From Nitrospirota bacterium (GTDB lineage Bacteria; Nitrospirota; UBA9217), in NCBI GenBank assembly GCA_963737155.1, contig CAVTRN010000001.1, forward strand, positions 1,568,001 through 1,632,000: DNA of 64,000 nucleotides, read 5' to 3'. The number at the start of each line of letters is the position of its first letter. Position 1 is the first letter of the stretch. The notes under the pieces are model-generated. The model saw only the letters and a program-made list of their open reading frames with translations, was not told where the DNA came from and searched no databases. This document shows positions 62,556 through 64,000 of the stretch, one piece after another. The position numbers and the translations under genes were made by a program.

Positions 62556-62739
62556 ATTGCAAAACAGCGCTGATACAGTGCCTCGAATTTTTTTTCTGAT
62601 TCTTACTCCGCGTTTACCGTAGATTCATCCACTATCAGATTACGATGCATCTCTGCTCGCGTTAATTATGGGTAATGTTAAGACGCCCAGTTATTACCAA
62701 TAATAATAGAAGCCGCTTATAATAATAAACCTAAATTAG

Positions 62740-63060
62740 GCAGTTTAAAAGCGAATTAGTCTATTCAAACCTGACATCAAGGTGCTGTTCTTCAGCGGAT
62801 ATACCGCCTATGTCGTTAATCAAAAAGGCTGCTCGACAGGGATCTGATTTTTTATAAAACAGTCCTGAAATACCCAGCAGCTTGCTGCTGGGATGAAAAG
62901 GACATCCTGGCGAAGCCAGGATAAGTCTTCAGCTTCTTTGTTGTGCTTTTTTAAGGTTTCAAGTTCCGATGCCCCGCAGCTTGCTGCGGGGTAATTCACT
63001 TTCAAGCCTGTTACTATGAACGAACTGCTCAGAAAAAAAAGGTCGATCCTCGACCGCTGA
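62740..63060 (+). pseudogene. C-terminal remnant of a receiver domain, interrupted by a mini-element
   Basis: KPDIKVLFFSGYTAYVVNQKG before the element and FKPVTMNELLRKKRSILDR* after it. Confidence 0.75.
62856..62999 (+). mobile_element. Palindromic mini-element family A, intact copy (144 bp)
   Basis: TTAT| ...AATA-CCCAGCAGCTTGCTGCTGGG...ATCCTGGCGAAGCCAGGAT...GATG-CCCCGCAGCTTGCTGCGGGG-TAATTCAC|; homologous to 22795-22932. Confidence 0.82.
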
Positions 63061-63173
63061 ACCCATGCCTCAAGCTACCCTTGGGCGTGTTGTTAGCCAT
63101 GCTAATCCGTAGTCAGATGCTGTTTTCAGGATTCATCAAACTGTCTCGCATTGCACCGCCCACCTAAATTGTT

Positions 63174-63202
63174 TTGCCTTGGGAAGTCAGGCAGAGTATA
63201 AT
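63174..63202 (+). promoter_or_regulatory. Sigma70 promoter, leaderless type
   Basis: TTGCCT-17-TATAAT, 5 nt before ATG 63208, no SD. Confidence 0.7.
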
Positions 63203-63207
63203 CTCCT

Positions 63208-64000
63208 ATGTCGCAAAAACTGCGTGACAAGACTGATTCTCTGCTCTCTGCGGAGCGCGGAACGGTGTATAAAGCCCGCGGCGCCGAGGTGGAGGTCGCG
63301 CTAGCCTATCCGAACTCCTACCATATCGGCATGTCGAACATTGGCATGCATCAGATCTATTTCCTGCTGAATAGGCGAAATGATACATCCTGTGAGCGGG
63401 TGTTCTTGCCCGATGACGAAGATATCAAAGAGTATGAAGTGAGCCATACGAAACTATTCAGCCTCGAAAGCAAACGGCCTATCAGCGATTTTGACATCCT
63501 GGCATTCTCGGTCTCGTTTGAGCAGGATTATCTGAACATCCTTGAAATGCTCCGGCTCGCTGGCATTCCCCAGGAGAAGGAAGAAAGAACATCCGGATAC
63601 CCCATTATCGTTCTTGGTGGCATCTGCTCGTTTTTCAATCCCGAACCGCTTACGGATTTTTTTGACCTCGTGATCGTGGGAGAAGGCGAAGAGGTTATAG
63701 GCGAATTTATCGACATGTTCAAGGCGAACCGCGGCTGCGACAGACACAAGCTCCTTCTGGCATGGAGCCGGATCCCCGGCGTGTATGTTCCCGAGTTCTA
63801 TGAAGTCCTGTTTAGTGCTGACGGCACGATAAGGGAGCGCAAAAAAAAGGAGCCCGGAGCGCCGGACAGGATCGTCAAACGCACGGTCCAGGGACTCGAC
63901 ACTTCTGCGGCTGCAACAGTCATTCTGACGCCCCATACCGAATTTAATGATCGCCGTTTGGTGGAAATAACGCGCGGCTGCGGCAGGCACTGCCGCTTCT
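63208..64000 (+). CDS. B12-binding-domain radical SAM protein, truncated by window edge
   Basis: Not in the ORF track; MSQKLRD..LAYPNSYHIGMSNIG..CERVF..FSLES..NPEP..GEGEE..EITRGCGRHCRF. Confidence 0.85.
   Translation, partial: MSQKLRDKTDSLLSAERGTVYKARGAEVEVALAYPNSYHIGMSNIGMHQIYFLLNRRNDTSCERVFLPDDEDIKEYEVSHTKLFSLESKRPISDFDILAFSVSFEQDYLNILEMLRLAGIPQEKEERTSGYPIIVLGGICSFFNPEPLTDFFDLVIVGEGEEVIGEFIDMFKANRGCDRHKLLLAWSRIPGVYVPEFYEVLFSADGTIRERKKKEPGAPDRIVKRTVQGLDTSAAATVILTPHTEFNDRRLVEITRGCGRHCRF

Noticed and set aside
62820-63005. ORF MKVNYPAASCGAS.., plus ORFs 34480-34749 and 11935-12144 containing PRSKLR
   Set aside because: Translations of the palindromic mini-elements, not real genes

Overview
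64-kb chromosomal window of an anaerobic Gram-negative bacterium. Gene content (AhbD-type heme synthase, Re-citrate synthase-like enzyme, PPi-PFK, HrcA/CIRCE) suggests Nitrospirota or Desulfobacterota; this is inference. Most of the window is housekeeping: hrcA-grpE-dnaK-dnaJ, DUF1015-gap-pgk-tpiA-secG with an ABC transporter, pfp, a kdp cluster with a KimA-like permease, glnB-glnA, and def-fmt-DUF116-rsmB-PASTA-rpe. No rRNA, tRNA or CRISPR array was seen. The best candidate for an undescribed system is a compact putative RiPP locus at 14186-15934. It contains an RRE-like radical SAM/SPASM enzyme followed by an unannotated 20-aa Cys-rich peptide (MTIRKVTKKMAVTCKCKSSC) with a strong RBS and its own terminator, plus a divergent Cys-rich protein. 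The two larger genes are driven by back-to-back leaderless-type promoters. Also notable are two families of tiny non-autonomous IS200/IS605-type palindromic elements (5 copies, one splitting a receiver-domain remnant), two small ORFs upstream of kdpA, a 119-aa triple repeat in an AsmA-like protein, and several decayed genes. All functional calls come from motif recognition by eye; no searches were run.
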